Below are positions 51,661 through 64,000 of a DNA stretch of 64,000 nucleotides, piece by piece. Below the pieces are notes generated by a model, which worked only from the letters and a program-made list of their open reading frames with translations, was not told the origin of the DNA and searched no databases. The DNA is taken from the NCBI GenBank assembly GCA_043228905.1, contig JBHGNT010000011.1, positions 5,952,001 through 6,016,000 of the forward strand. The letters are read 5' to 3'. Position 1 is the first letter of the stretch; every line of letters starts with the position of its first letter. The stretch comes from Azolla caroliniana (lineage: Eukaryota > Plantae > Polypodiophyta). The translations under genes and the position numbers were made by a program.

Positions 51661-54600
51661 ACATTTAAGTTTTACTATAGAAAATTGATGTATATGCCAG
51701 ATTTCTCTGGAACATTCTAGAAACTACAAGAATACTCCTGAGAACACTATAAAAGGAGGCACAAGACATTATTTCGAACCAAATCAGTTCAACGCCAGTC
51801 TTAAGCCTCCTAGCTACTATTGTATATTCCCTTAACATAATATATATCTTTTGTTATCCTCATTCTCTCTCTCTCTCTCACTCACTCACTCTTTCCTTCT
51901 CTCGAGAGTTCTACACCTCCCTTAGTACTAATCCTCATATTTTAGTACTAATTCCTTCTCTATTTTAGTACTGTTCTTGACATTATTTCTCTGTCTTAGT
52001 ACTGCTCCGCACAGTCGGGTGGAACGGGTTCTTCTATCCACTCTATTTTCCTTCTTTTACTTCACTTTGGTTTATTGATTAGTAATAGACTCTTAACAGT
52101 GGTATCAGAGCATTTACTAACAATTTTTTTTTTGTTGTTTTGATGTTTTTTGCGTGTGAGTGATGGGGATCTAACAAGGCTCGTCATGCTCTTCTCAGGA
52201 TCAAAACAACACTCTAAACCCGATATTCTTCTTTCTATGATGCGTTCTTGTTGGTCGAATCAATTTTGTATTACGTTTTCTTTTCTTTTCTTTCTTCTTT
52301 CTACCATGATACGATTTTAATTATTATTGTGCATCAAGCCGAGTGTATTTGCACTAATCGCACATGCTTAACTCATGGCTCTTTTGTATATGGCGATGTA
52401 TCTCCTATGCTCCCCTCTCTTGAGCCATCTCTTACGATAATAATTATTCTTGTGCATCGGGTCGAGCGTGTTTGCCCTAATCCCACACACTCACCTCATG
52501 GCCCTTTTGCATATGATGTTCAGTATGCCACTCTTCCCTTTATTGAACCATCACTTGACTGATTCTATGGGATGTTGTGGTCTTGACGAGGTGTATGTCG
52601 CCTACCTATGCCACTCTACCCTCTATTGAGCCATCACTTGGCCGATTCTATGGGGTGTTGTGGCCTTAACAAGGTATATGTCGCTTACATATGCCACTTT
52701 ACTCTTTATTGAGCCATCAATTGGCCGATTCTAGGGAGATGTGGTGGTCTTGAGGAGGTGCATGTTGACTACCTTAGGGTTTCATACCTTAAGGCATGCT
52801 TAATGTTCATACATGTAATTGATTATTATTCTAATTAATTTCTAATTACACAAATTTTCGTTTCACTTTTGTATGATTTTCTAGTCATTGTTATTTACCC
52901 ACCCACAATTAACTCTCTTTCTTGCCCTTATTTTGTCTTCATCTAGACACTATCTATGTACGTTTAATGGTGTAACGATTCATGTAGACTATTTTTTAAT
53001 ATTGACTGGGCATCATGCCGTTTTTTGAACGATTTTTTCCAGCGGCTCATCTAGGTTTAACTCATATTATCGAGCCTTAGAACTCGAGTAAAACCACATG
53101 AGTTCCCCTATTCATATTTTACTCATAGATTTGAGTTCTACATCTTTGCGCACAACACCACCGCCACTTCTATCAATTTGTGGCTTATGTCACAATTGTG
53201 CAAATTACAACCACCATATTGGGATGTATATGTGCATACCTCGCACCATCCATTTATTTGTGACATTTTTTTAGTAGGTAACACATGGGTTTTTTGACCC
53301 TTGTTTTCGTCACTGCTTGATTCTTATGGGTAGTGCCTTATTTTATCGTTTTTTTCATAACATTTGCTTGCGTCGCAAGATTAGAATATTACTTGCGAGT
53401 GCACTTGTTTTTTCACGTAATAGACTTTCTCAACCATATCAATACATGTTGGGTTGGCATTCTAATATAAGGCTAACTAGGAAACTACATTGATGTTAGA
53501 ACCATGGTTGACCCTCAGGGAGCCGCCATGATTATTCAAGATACAGATCCGAGAAAGACATCTTAGCTATGTTTTCCCCCATGGTTTTTAAAACACCATA
53601 GTGTTACCATAGTTATCGGAGCTCGAATCACATCTCATATGTCTAGAGGGGTAAAGACGTGAGAGGCTTTCTTGGTAAAGTTCTTCCAATCAAAATTTCA
53701 AGCATTCATTTTGCTTGTGTATTTTCTGAACCTCCTTATTTATATTGCATAACCACAGCTTGCATCATGGAACAAGTTTTGAACGTTGTTGGAGCAATCT
53801 CTCCGACTAAGACCTCTCAACTCCAATCCGCATCTCGCACACAAATTGAGATCACTATTGAGCAATTACTCACTACTACCTTGACTCAATTGGTCGAAAT
53901 GAGGCAGACCAATATGGCATTGGAAAAGCAATTCCAAGAATTGACTATTAAGTCCAAGAAAGAAGGTGAGCCTTCTTTCGTAGTAACACCATTCAAGGGA
54001 GATAAGAAAGAAAGAACCGAGGAGGTCATTAACACTTGGCTTGGTCATTGGGAGTCTCACTTTGAGCTCCACCCCAAGCCCAATGTTGTAAAATTGGTTA
54101 TGTCAGTCGTGAGTTAGGTGGCCAAGCTGCTGCTTCGTGGTGCAACCTAAGGACTGCAAAGAACTTACCCACAACTTGGGATGGTTTCGTTGATGTTTTT
54201 AAGAAACAGTTTTTGTAGCCACCTTCTCAAACTGAACAAGCACAACACTTGCTCACGTTGTCGAGTAAGCCATTTACCTCTCTCAAGGATTATGTGCATC
54301 ATGCTCGGACCAAGATCCAAAAATCGGGACTTACGGGTGAGAAATGGTTTGTTGTTTTCTTTTTGAATGGTATTCCTAATGGGGATTACCATTGGATTGT
54401 CCATAACAAGGACCCCACAACTTTTGAGGAAGCCATCAACATTGTACTTCGGTATCATAGGACTTCCAAGAAAGACCACAATAAACCTAAGTTCGCCAAA
54501 ACTCCAAATGTCAAGTTCATTGGGAAACGTAAGCAATCCAATGACACTCTTGATGTGACTCCAATAAACCTAACCTCTTCTGTGCATATTCCAAGAAGCG

Positions 54601-54749
54601 GGGCCACACAAAGGATACCTGTCGTCGTCTTGAGAGGAAGTCAATGAACACCCCTCCTCAAGACAAATCTACGAGTTACACAGGTGAGTCTTTTGATGTT
54701 GTTGAAGTTTATACCAACCACCGGCTGACAAGCAAAACCAAACCTCCTT

Positions 54750-56787
54750 CCAGGCAAGACCACCGATGAGACAGAATGCACCACTGGAGCTGGTGCATAC
54801 CGATGTGTGTCAAGTGGACAGGAAGTCACATGCCGGATCGCAATACTTTGTGACGTTCATAGATGACCACAGCCGGAAGTTGTGGGTCTCACCACTGAAG
54901 ACAAAGGATCAGGTGTTGTCCATCTTCAAGGAACTCCACAAGAGAGTGGAAAGAGAAACCGGTCGGAAGCTGAAGGCGGTTCGAGTAGAGAATAGAGGAG
55001 AATATTGGGGGTAGTTCGAGGAGTACTACCGGTCCAAGGGAATCCGGCTCGAATTCACCTTGCCGAAGACGCTGGAATTGAACGGGTTGGCTGAACAGAT
55101 GAACCGGACCATAATGGAGAGAGTCTGAAGCATGCTAGCACATGCAAAGTTACCCATGACGTTTTGGGTTGAGGCGTTGACTCACCTCAGAAAGTATGAA
55201 CCAGTAAAGATGTATCTTACTGTCATCTAAAGGTGTTCAGGTGTCTCGCATATGTGCATGTTGCAAATGACAAGAGAGCAAAGCTGGATCCGAAGTCAAG
55301 GCTATGCATATTTCTTGGATACGGCAATGATGAGTTCGGGTACCGGGTGTGGGATCTGGTCGACAAGAAGGTGTTTTGGAGTTGGGACATGGTTTTTATG
55401 GAAGATAGCACCATTGCCAACTGGGAGTCAAAGAAGAAGAAGATGGACTCAGGATCGATCATAGGAGACCGGTTTGAGCACACAAGGATTTACCCGATTG
55501 GAAACTGGATGTTAGTCGGTAACCGGATGACACTCGATGAAATGGCCGAATTCAGAAAAGAAACCGAACCGACTGAAGAAGAAGAAGAAGAAGACACTTG
55601 AACCGGACAAGATCCCGAATCAGATTCCGATGAGGAACAAACGGACAAACCGGTAGTTAGAATCGGTAGAGAGAAGAGCCCCTTGGAGATTTCCGGATGT
55701 AGAGCATGTGTTGCTAACCGATGATGGGGAACCGGAAAGCTTCGAAGAAGCAAAGAGAGACACCCGTAGTTGCAAGTGGTTGAGTGCCATGCAGGACGAG
55801 ATGGATTCCCTGCATGAGAACCACACATACAAACTGACGGAGTTGCCGTAAGGAAAGAGGGCCCTCCGGAACAAGTGGGTGTACAAGCTGAAACCGAGAG
55901 ACGCCAGAAATCCACCAAGGTACAAAGCTCGGATCATGGTGAAGGCGTTCCAGCAGAAGAAAGGAGTGGATTTCGACGAGATCTTGGCCCCGGTAGTAAA
56001 GATGACATGCATCCAGATGGTATTGAGCATAGTGGCAAGCATGGACCTCCAGGTAGAGCAACTGGACATTAAGACCTACATGGTGACCTCGAAGAAGAGA
56101 TCTAAATGCATCAATCGGAAGGATTTGAGAGGAAAGTGAAGGAGCACCTAGTATGCCGGTTGAAGAAGAGCTTATACGGATTGTAACATGCCCCCTGACA
56201 ATGGTACCGGAAGTTCGACTCCTTCATGACCGACCATGGGTACCACAAGATGCAAGTTGATCCCTAAACATGTATATGTGAATACGTATTTGAGTATATG
56301 TATGTTGGGAATTCGGTCCCTCCAGATGGGATCTAGAAGGGTTCCGGATGAGACCCGGAAACCGAATCAATTGAATCCGGATTGTAAATATGTTAGAGTA
56401 AGCCCATTGAGGCTATAATTGTAAATATCCCTAAAGTCATGAGTATAAATATGACTTAGGGCAACCACAAGAGGATGAGATATAGGGTTGTTGTTGTATA
56501 TATATATATAGAGAGAGAGACCCACACACACAGAATGAGTTTTCTGTTGTAACTGCCGGTTGGCAAAGACATAAAGCTCGAGGTCGTTGCCTCTAAGTCT
56601 CACATTGTATTCCTCCCCTCGTATAGTGATAGTTTGGAGTCTGTGGGCTCCCGTGGTTTTTCCCTATTTATAGTTTTCCACGTAAACATCTTGTGTCATC
56701 TCGGTCTTCCCATTTCTATGTTTGATTCTCATCGAAGTGATTTAAGGCTCAATTGTGGCCGAGCAACATTCCGCGCTATTTCCTTCG
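54750..56787 (+). mobile_element. Copia INT-RT fragment followed by an LTR (56303-56787)
   Basis: PLELVHTDVC, FIDDHSRK, AKLDPKS..CIFLGY, RYKARIMVKAFQQKKGVDF, QLDIKT; LTR starts TGTTGGGAA. Confidence 0.85.
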
Positions 56788-56975
56788 AATGGAGGAGCAT
56801 GCGATTTCGGCCATTGATCTCCACTCATCGGTTGACATTGAAGCAGGCTTTTCGGAGTGTCTAATGGCCTTGGCCTATCTTTCAATAATCAATACATCCT
56901 GTATCATCTCCTTCCATAGGGCAAAGTTTTTGCCACTGAATTTTCGGATCTCAACTTTTGAAAGTGAGATTTGCT
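56788..56975 (-). mobile_element. Copia gag N-terminal fragment
   Basis: Minus-strand translation KVEIRKFSGKNFALWKEMIQDVL. Confidence 0.65.
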
Positions 56976-58699
56976 AACCCGGTCCTTTTTTACTTTTCTT
57001 TTCAGCCCCCCATCTTTTATTTTTATTGTTGTTTGTTACCGCTGAGCCGCGGATCGCTCTAATACTAGTTGAAAGACAGATATGCGCGGAAATGTATGTG
57101 AGGACCTGTCGGTTATGCTTAGCAAACAACACAGAGGGAAGGCAAGAAGATATAGATAAATGATAGATAAATTTTACACTTGCAATGTGAAATGTGAGCA
57201 AGACCTTAAGTAGGATCACCAAGGGGATTTGAACTAGGAAGACTATGTCCTCATTGAAGAGTAACTTTGAATACCTTTTCACCTAATCACATGATATGAT
57301 TTTAGTTTCTTTTCCTCTAAAATATAGCCGATGTTCTCCAACTATTTTCCTTGAGGATCTTAGCTTATGTGTTTATTTATACCTATTTGTGGCTTTCATG
57401 CCTATGCAAACTTGTGTTTAGGGGGAAATGTATTGAGATGATGGTAAATATATGTACATAGGCCTATGTCTACAAATGTGGAGTTATAAGTATATATTTG
57501 AATGTGTGTTTGTCTAGATGGATGTGGGTGTGAGTAAGACTAAACGTAGGGAGAGGCATGTGCTTGTAAATGCATATGTAATTATGTAAAGGAAGGAAAA
57601 CGTGTATAAGTGTGTTTGTGAATGTGTGAGTTGAAGGTGTAGGTAGATGTATATGACTTATGAGTGTGTATATAGTAAAGCGAAAACAGTATGTGTATGG
57701 GTTCGTATATGTATATGTCAGTGGTTATGGATATGGGTTTATGCAAATATGTTAAAAATATACAAGGGTAAGCATTAAACATGTACGTATAAACATTATT
57801 TTTTATTTGCGTTTATGTGGGTATAATAGTGAAACAAACATGTATATTTGTATATGTGTATACGTATTTGAGTATATGTATAGATTGTAGTGTATTATGC
57901 CGAAAGGTAAAAAGGTAAAAAGGTAAAAAGTAGTGTATCTTTTGTGTGAAAATTGAGGTTTGGATACGGTTTCGAGGTTTGGGACCTAAACCAGAATTTT
58001 CACACACAAAAAATATGCAGGTTTGTTTGTTCCTTTGGCCCCTGTTCTTTTTTTTCTCAACCAACACAGAAACAAAGGCTCTTCATGATTTTCCATCTCC
58101 TCAAGCTTCCCTTCACGAAAGCATGCCGTGTATCTCGGTCCCCACGTTTCTCAGAATTCAAGGGTTCGCAGGGTTCAAATCTCATTGCTCATCAAAAAGC
58201 TCCTTTTGTTCGCAACTTCTCCTCACAAATTGAGATTCGTGATCCACAGATTTCTCCCGTATTAAACCTTCTAGAATCCTCCAAGCGTGCCAATCACTAC
58301 TGTGAATAGATCCAAATTTTCTCTTTATAAAACTTATTGATAACAAATGTTCTAGACTAGTCTTGTGATGAATTCATTCCAGAAAGTTCCATTCTTTCAG
58401 TACACTATGAAATTTGGCAGAACGCTACTCATGTCTAAGAATATTCCAAGTCCTGCAACTCAAAAGCACTGGAATAAGTGGGGTTTTCAAGCATTCATTT
58501 GACGGCATATTGGAAATGGGTTTGCTCTTTCAAGGGACAAACCAAATATATTCTCTTCAGATGGCTTTTACTACATGCAGCACTACCAGTAGGTCAGTCA
58601 TTGAAAGGAGATGTGGCAACCATTCTTAGACAATGTTGTTATTGCGGTGACATGTAGGAAACAATCAAGCATCCTCATTAACCCAACAGGTATGGAATA

Positions 58700-60690
58700 A
58701 AGTGATGAGAATCATACTCAGCCACAACCGAGTTTCAAACACTAATGGAAGACAACGAGATGACACCAAATCTTTACATGGAATAAACCTAATCGGGAGA
58801 AAAACTACATGAGCCCATAGACTACAACTATCACTATCTAAGGGAAGTACTACAATGCGAGACTCGGAGGCAACGACCTCGAGCTCTGTCTTCACCAACC
58901 GACGGTTACAACAGAAAACTTTCTATATCTCTCTCTCTCTCTCTCTGTGCAACAAAAATAACTAACTAACTCATGCAAACTATTATGGCCCTAGCTATAT
59001 TTATACTTATCTAACTTTAGGGCTATCTACAAATATGGCCTTAATAGGCATATCCAAACATATTTACTAATATGTCCCTACTTCTAGTTCACATAGGATC
59101 CGACCTGATACCTTCCGGATCCATCTGGTCCGGTTTCTTCCTCAGGCTCGTCTGGTTCCCATCCGGAGGAGCCACTTTCCTAACAAACTCCCCCTTCACC
59201 CCGGCATGGGGTTCTTTATCAACTTGATTCATCTTTAGCATATGTCCAACTTGTCTGTTGACAATACCTTGGTCAGCATGTCAGACCCGTTCTCCTCCGT
59301 GTGGATCTTTGTTAGAGCAAAGTCTTTGTCTTCTACCCTCTCTTGAAGCCAGTGATATTTCCTCTGGATGTTCTTGGTCCTACAGTGGTAGGCCACGTTC
59401 TTTGCAAGGTTGATGGTGCTTTGACTGTCGCAATAGAGTCAAAATTCCTCCTGTTGAATAACTAGGTCTCCGATGAAGTCCTTCATCCATATTACTTCTA
59501 TGCCAGCTTCTACGACCGTCATGTACTCCGCTTCCATGGTGGACAACAACACGGACTTCTGCAACCTCGACTACCACGATAGGGCTCACCCTACATATAT
59601 CATGACATATCCGGATGTGGATCGGTTGGTATCTACATCAAATGACATGTTCGAATCAGTAAAACCTTCCAGTAAGGGTTTACCTAAGCCGAATCGGAGG
59701 CTCATGCTCGAGGTACCTTTTAGATACTGGAGTGTCCACTTGATGGTGACCCAATGCTCTCTTCCCGGATAGTTCATGAACTAGTTGACCACTTCGACTG
59801 CATATTTGATGTTCGGTTATGTACACACCATTGCATACATCAGGCTTTTGAGTGTTGAGGCATACATTACTTTCATCATCTCAGCTCTCTCTGCCTTTGT
59901 CTTCGGACTTTATTTCCTAGACAACTTTTAGTTTGCCGGAAGTGTCGACCCGACCAGCTTCGCATCCGCCATGCTGAACCTTTGGAGCACCTTTGTCACG
60001 TACTTCTCTTAGGATAGCCACACAAGCTTCTTCATCCGGTTGCAGACTATGTGCATCCCCAAGATCTGTCTCGTCGGACCCATATCTTTCATTGAGGACC
60101 TATCACAACAACAACTTGCACCCATTTCACGTTGTCAACCACGCATCTCCTATGCTGACAATTTAGCATGCTCCTTCATTCCCCATCCTTCCACAACTGT
60201 GATCTCCGACTCTGTATGATGAGAAGTACTTCCGGTTGGCTGTGAGATGGAATGATGCTCCGGAGTCAACCACCCACATCGTTTCATCGCTGACAAGGTG
60301 TAGCTCCCTCTCCTTGGTGATGAGTAGTAGTTCCTCTTCACTTGTCGGGATTGCCTATGTTCCTCTTCTTTCTGAAATCTTCTTCGGTTCGGAGTCGTTG
60401 AATCCCCCTTTTGCTTTCCGAAAACTGTAGGAAATTCTTTTGGAAGTGCCCCGACTTCCTACAATATAAGTAGGTGGTCCTCCCCCTCGACGTCGAACTT
60501 GTCCCCAACTTTTCTCGGTTCTAGGGACTTCTGTTCCGGCCTCTTCCCTAGTTGTTGACGTCTTCCATGACTAAGGATTTCAGTTTAGTTCCGAACTCTC
60601 GGTCCTTCTGGCTAGCTTCTTCATATACCAAGCTTTACTTCACTCATGCCAGGGATAATTGCTTCCCTTCCGGTCCAGCGTTGCCCAATG
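58700..60690 (-). mobile_element. Internally deleted Copia element: gag/PR fragment, RT-RH end, PPT, 3' LTR (~58700-59185)
   Basis: Minus strand: EHWVTIKWTLQYLKGT, TDSNMSFDVDTNRSTSGY, KIHTEENGSDMLTK; PPT GGGTGAAGGGGGAG next to LTR start TGTTAGGAA at 59185. Confidence 0.83.
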
Positions 60691-60691
60691 T

Positions 60692-61160
60692 TTTCGTGAA
60701 GATGTTCGGCAACGGTGTGAAAATCTAGTGGAACAGACAAAATCGAGAAGGTGTAATATACATGTGTAATGTGCGCTCAAACATTTGTAAATATATGACT
60801 AAAGCCTAGTAATATTTGAGTGCATACAAAGGGGTGCAAGCAAGGTTTGAACCTTGGACGCCCAAGATAAGAAACAAATCGACTTACCACTAAAGCTACT
60901 ACTAAGTGCTTTAGATTTTGTACATTTTCTTTTCATATTCAATATTCAATAGGAAACAAATACATAAAAAACAATGTGCACAAACCCATGGTTTTAGCCT
61001 GTGGTTTTAGCCCATGGTTTTGCATGGAAAGACCTATAAAAGCCTCTAGTTGGGCTTGTGTAAGGGGGGAAGCTATGTATTGAATGAAGAAACTTTTAAT
61101 AAAAAATGTAGTTATGTTATTGGTGATGTATCTTGTCTCTCAAAATTGAAATCAAGGGTT

Positions 61161-61205
<45 letters not shown>

Positions 61206-63075
61206 AATTGGAGTCTCTGTCTCTCAATCTATCTATCTTAAATACTTTCTTGCTTGCACTAGTAAAAACTTCAAATCCTTCTGGTCCAGGACCCCAGCAA
61301 TCTTGCTTCATTTCGCGAACACGCGAGGATTTCCTTGACATATTTCTTGGTGAACCCAACGTGAAGAAGCAGTAGGAAGGATCAAGGCGAGGATCGACCG
61401 ATACTTGGAGATGACATCCTCAAGCAATCAAGCATGAGATTTCGAAATGATGATGGTAATCGTCGAACAAAGGATGAGATCTCGGGACAACGATGCGAGT
61501 GTGGGGAAGACTGTCAACCATATCGTGCAGATCGAGGATCAATTTGATGGAAGGACCATTATGAAGTTCCTTGATGCATACAAAAGGGAAATGAATACGT
61601 GTCTGAAGCACGTCAAACCTCAAGTTTCAAGAGAGTTGTCGCCAAGAAGACAGGTCATCGAGCTTCAAGAAGGGAAGACAATATGGTCCAAGTTCGTGAA
61701 AGCAATATTTGCAGAGTTCTCGATGGAAGATTTGTTGAGGATGACTCGACATGTCTTGATCAAGTGGATAGAGAAGAAAAATAAGAAGACGAATGCGTGA
61801 GGGTATACGACAAGTTTGACCAGATGTTTAATTGTCTCCCTACCACGGATCAAGTACTGCTTGAGGAGGACCAGACTTTGTACTTCTTGAAAGCTATGGA
61901 TATGAAGGATAGACGAGAATTGGGGACTCTCCTCGAAGATGATACCCAAACGAATGGGCTTGTGCCAGATTGGATTGAGGTCAAGCAAGCGTGCAACAGG
62001 CTCGACAAGCGTCGTCAATGGGTTGATGACACTGATTTGGCAGGATTGAGTAGGGAGAAAACGAGACAAGCAAAAGTGGCTGAGCCGACCAAACAAAGCA
62101 ACCCAGAAGAAACGAAAATTGATGATGACATCATTGAAGAACTACTGAAGAAGTTCAAGACGGTCACGCTAGCCAACATGAATCGTCGGGGCCCGAAAGG
62201 AAAAGAACCCTTTAGATGTGCATGGTGTGACAACGTGGACCACATGAGAAGGGATTGCGCCAGCCTTCGAGAAGCCATTCGACAGAATATTGTGTACATG
62301 GATGGAAACATGATTTGCTCAAATTAAACTAAAAGACCCAAAGAAGAATGGAACATTAAGGTTCATACAAGATCTTCACCCAGTGAATAAAGTGACGATC
62401 CGCAATGCCAAGATCGGTCCAAGTATCGATGAGTTCGTAGAAGCATTTGTAGGAAGGTCCATTTATTCTCATTTGTACCACACATGGTGAATGCCATGAA
62501 CAAAGTACTAAGATATTGCATCCCAAATATTACGATGCCTTTCCTCGATGAATCAGAAAAGCATGAGTCTTTATATCAAGATTGATGTCGAAGATTTGTT
62601 TCAAACCATATTGAAGACTATGAGAGAGTGCTACAAAGACTAGAAGGAGCAGGGCTCACATTCTCTGGAGAAAAGTCGGCATTCAGCCAACGTGAGGTCC
62701 TAGTATTGGGACATCTTTGCGGACGATATGGACGAAAACCCTCTCTAAGAAGGTGAATGTTATTCAAGAGATGCGAGAAGAATGTATATATCCCAGACAA
62801 AGGTGCAAAGATTCTTGGGAGTGTGTGTCTTTTACCATATTTGGATTCTGCACTACACTCATGTCATTGAGTCATTATATGAATTGCTAAAGAAATGGAT
62901 GAAGTTTGAATGGCGAGAGGAGCATACAAATGTGATACGAAGATTGAAGAAACTACTTCTTGAATCTCCAACACTAAGAAAGGCCAACTATACCAAAGGA
63001 AAGCCGATTTATGTGACTGTGGATATGAGCCCAACCGGAATTGGTTGGGTCATCAACCAAGAAGGAGAAGATAGT
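60692..63075 (+). mobile_element. Second Phygy-like Gypsy: 5' LTR (~60692-61340), tRNA-Trp PBS, gag, deleted pol fragments
   Basis: PBS TGGTGAACCCAACGTGAA at 61348-61365; gag closely similar to 28812-29927; RT/RH pieces (VQRFLGVCVFY, VTVDMSPTGIG). Confidence 0.85.
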
Positions 63076-63082
63076 GCACAAG

Positions 63083-64000
63083 TGTCGAAACGGGCGGAAT
63101 CATGGTGGTCTCGAACCTAGGAGCCAGTGGGAGTAGGAAGGACCGGGTCAGAGTCCGGATGGCTTCGCCAGATTGGTTTCCCGATGTGTCTTGATCCGGA
63201 ACGGTTCTCGGATACCGACCGGTTAGCACACGGGATTGAAGGAGAGAACTATTCCTGGCAGGATGTTGGGAAACAACAATAATAAGCCCACAGGCATGCA
63301 GACACAGATGTGCACACAATAGAAACAAGAAGGAACAACACAGTAATGTCCGTACGCAAGGAAAGACTAGGCAAAACACCAACGATTATCAGAGAAGAAG
63401 AGATTACAACTGGATTCAGCTGGCGACAAGCTGTGAGCTAAACACACCCACACAAGATAGAATGATGAACCTCTGGTTGGGAGCACATGGCTTCCACCGC
63501 GAGCAAAGGCTTGAACTTCTTCCTAGAATAAGTATAGCGCATGACACAAAGAGAGAGGAGAGAGAGAGATAGAGAGAGAGCTCGGCACTCAAACCTAGAT
63601 ACCCCAACCAATCTCAAACCTCCCCTTTTATAGAGCAAGGGGAGACCATTACATCACCATAAAGACATCCGTTTTCGGGCAGAGATTTCCGTTGATTTAC
63701 TCCATCGAATATTATTCTTATTCTCTACGTGTGTGGGACTTAAAGTACCCATTAAAACCTACTACCTAGTACTTACTAGTCCTATGTGCTTGTACATTTC
63801 CGTGTGCATCCTTGCACACCCCCGTTCATGCACATCCAGCCCCTTTTCTCCTCGTAGCCGGAATCCCTCATGACAACGGTATGTTATCTAGTTCGGAGCA
63901 AAGGTCCTCAGCGAACGACGGCAAGGATGCACCCAAGTTAAGCGGGAACTTTGGGGTACTGTGTCTGTGGTGAAGCTAGATAAAGATTACCTGAGGGGGT
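63083..64000 (-). mobile_element. Probable LTR of another element, running off the window end
   Basis: Begins TGTCGA at the point where pol similarity stops; minus-strand TATA (TTTTATAG at ~63626) followed by a (CT)n-type leader, as in the other LTRs. No coding evidence. Confidence 0.45.

Larger units (their letters stand above)
44792..52013 (+). mobile_element. Tcn1-like chromovirus insertion with a 5-bp TSD GTCGG: 5' LTR 44792-45237, gag-PR-partial RT to 47527, partial 3' LTR ~51661-52013
   Basis: GTCGG at 44787-44791 and 52014-52018; matching LTR sequences; gag (KFDGTRSQFRGF, PTPMEID), PR (LLDSGA), RT ([14 protein letters not shown]). Confidence 0.88.
44421..54650 (+). mobile_element. Met-primed LTR element (LTR 44421-52098 split by a 7.2-kb insertion), long repeat-containing leader and gag-like ORFs
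   Basis: LTR TGTTA...TTAACA followed by PBS TGGTATCAGAGC at 52100-52111; ~80-bp degenerate tandem repeats at ~52500-52780; gag-like ORFs 53659-54647 (PFKGDKK...NTWLGHWESHF; DPTTFEEAI). Confidence 0.65.

Noticed and set aside
56753-56977. Plus-strand ORF after the LTR as a host gene or MTase remainder
   Set aside because: The minus strand reads as a Copia gag N-terminus.

Overview
Eukaryotic, repeat-dense plant genomic DNA, most likely from a non-seed land plant (inferred from Tcn1-like chromovirus and tRNA-Trp-primed Phygy-like Gypsy elements). Only two apparently intact host genes are visible: a 5-exon BCL7/BDH-type SWI/SNF subunit gene (7298-12557) and an inositol-tris/tetrakisphosphate kinase with an intronless CDS (14581-15579). 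The rest is nested, mostly decayed Ty3/Gypsy, Ty1/Copia, LINE and hAT elements. The main observation appears after removing two younger insertions: a hAT with a perfect 8-bp TSD (20882-26531) and a Gypsy element (27621-35411). What remains is a divergent gene pair. A DUF7869/Sola-like DDD transposase lies on the minus strand. About 1 kb away on the plus strand is a spliced gene fusing a ParB/Srx-like domain to a beta-class amino (N6A/N4C) DNA methyltransferase, and its first intron holds an array of ~37-bp palindromes. Both genes are pseudogenised here and the MTase is cut off by a Copia LTR. Other notable patterns are antisense tRNA-like (A/B-box) modules inside LTRs of two different Gypsy lineages, and two -1 frameshift signals with slippery site plus stem/pseudoknot, one of them between protease and RT. 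All family assignments come from motif recognition, not database searches.
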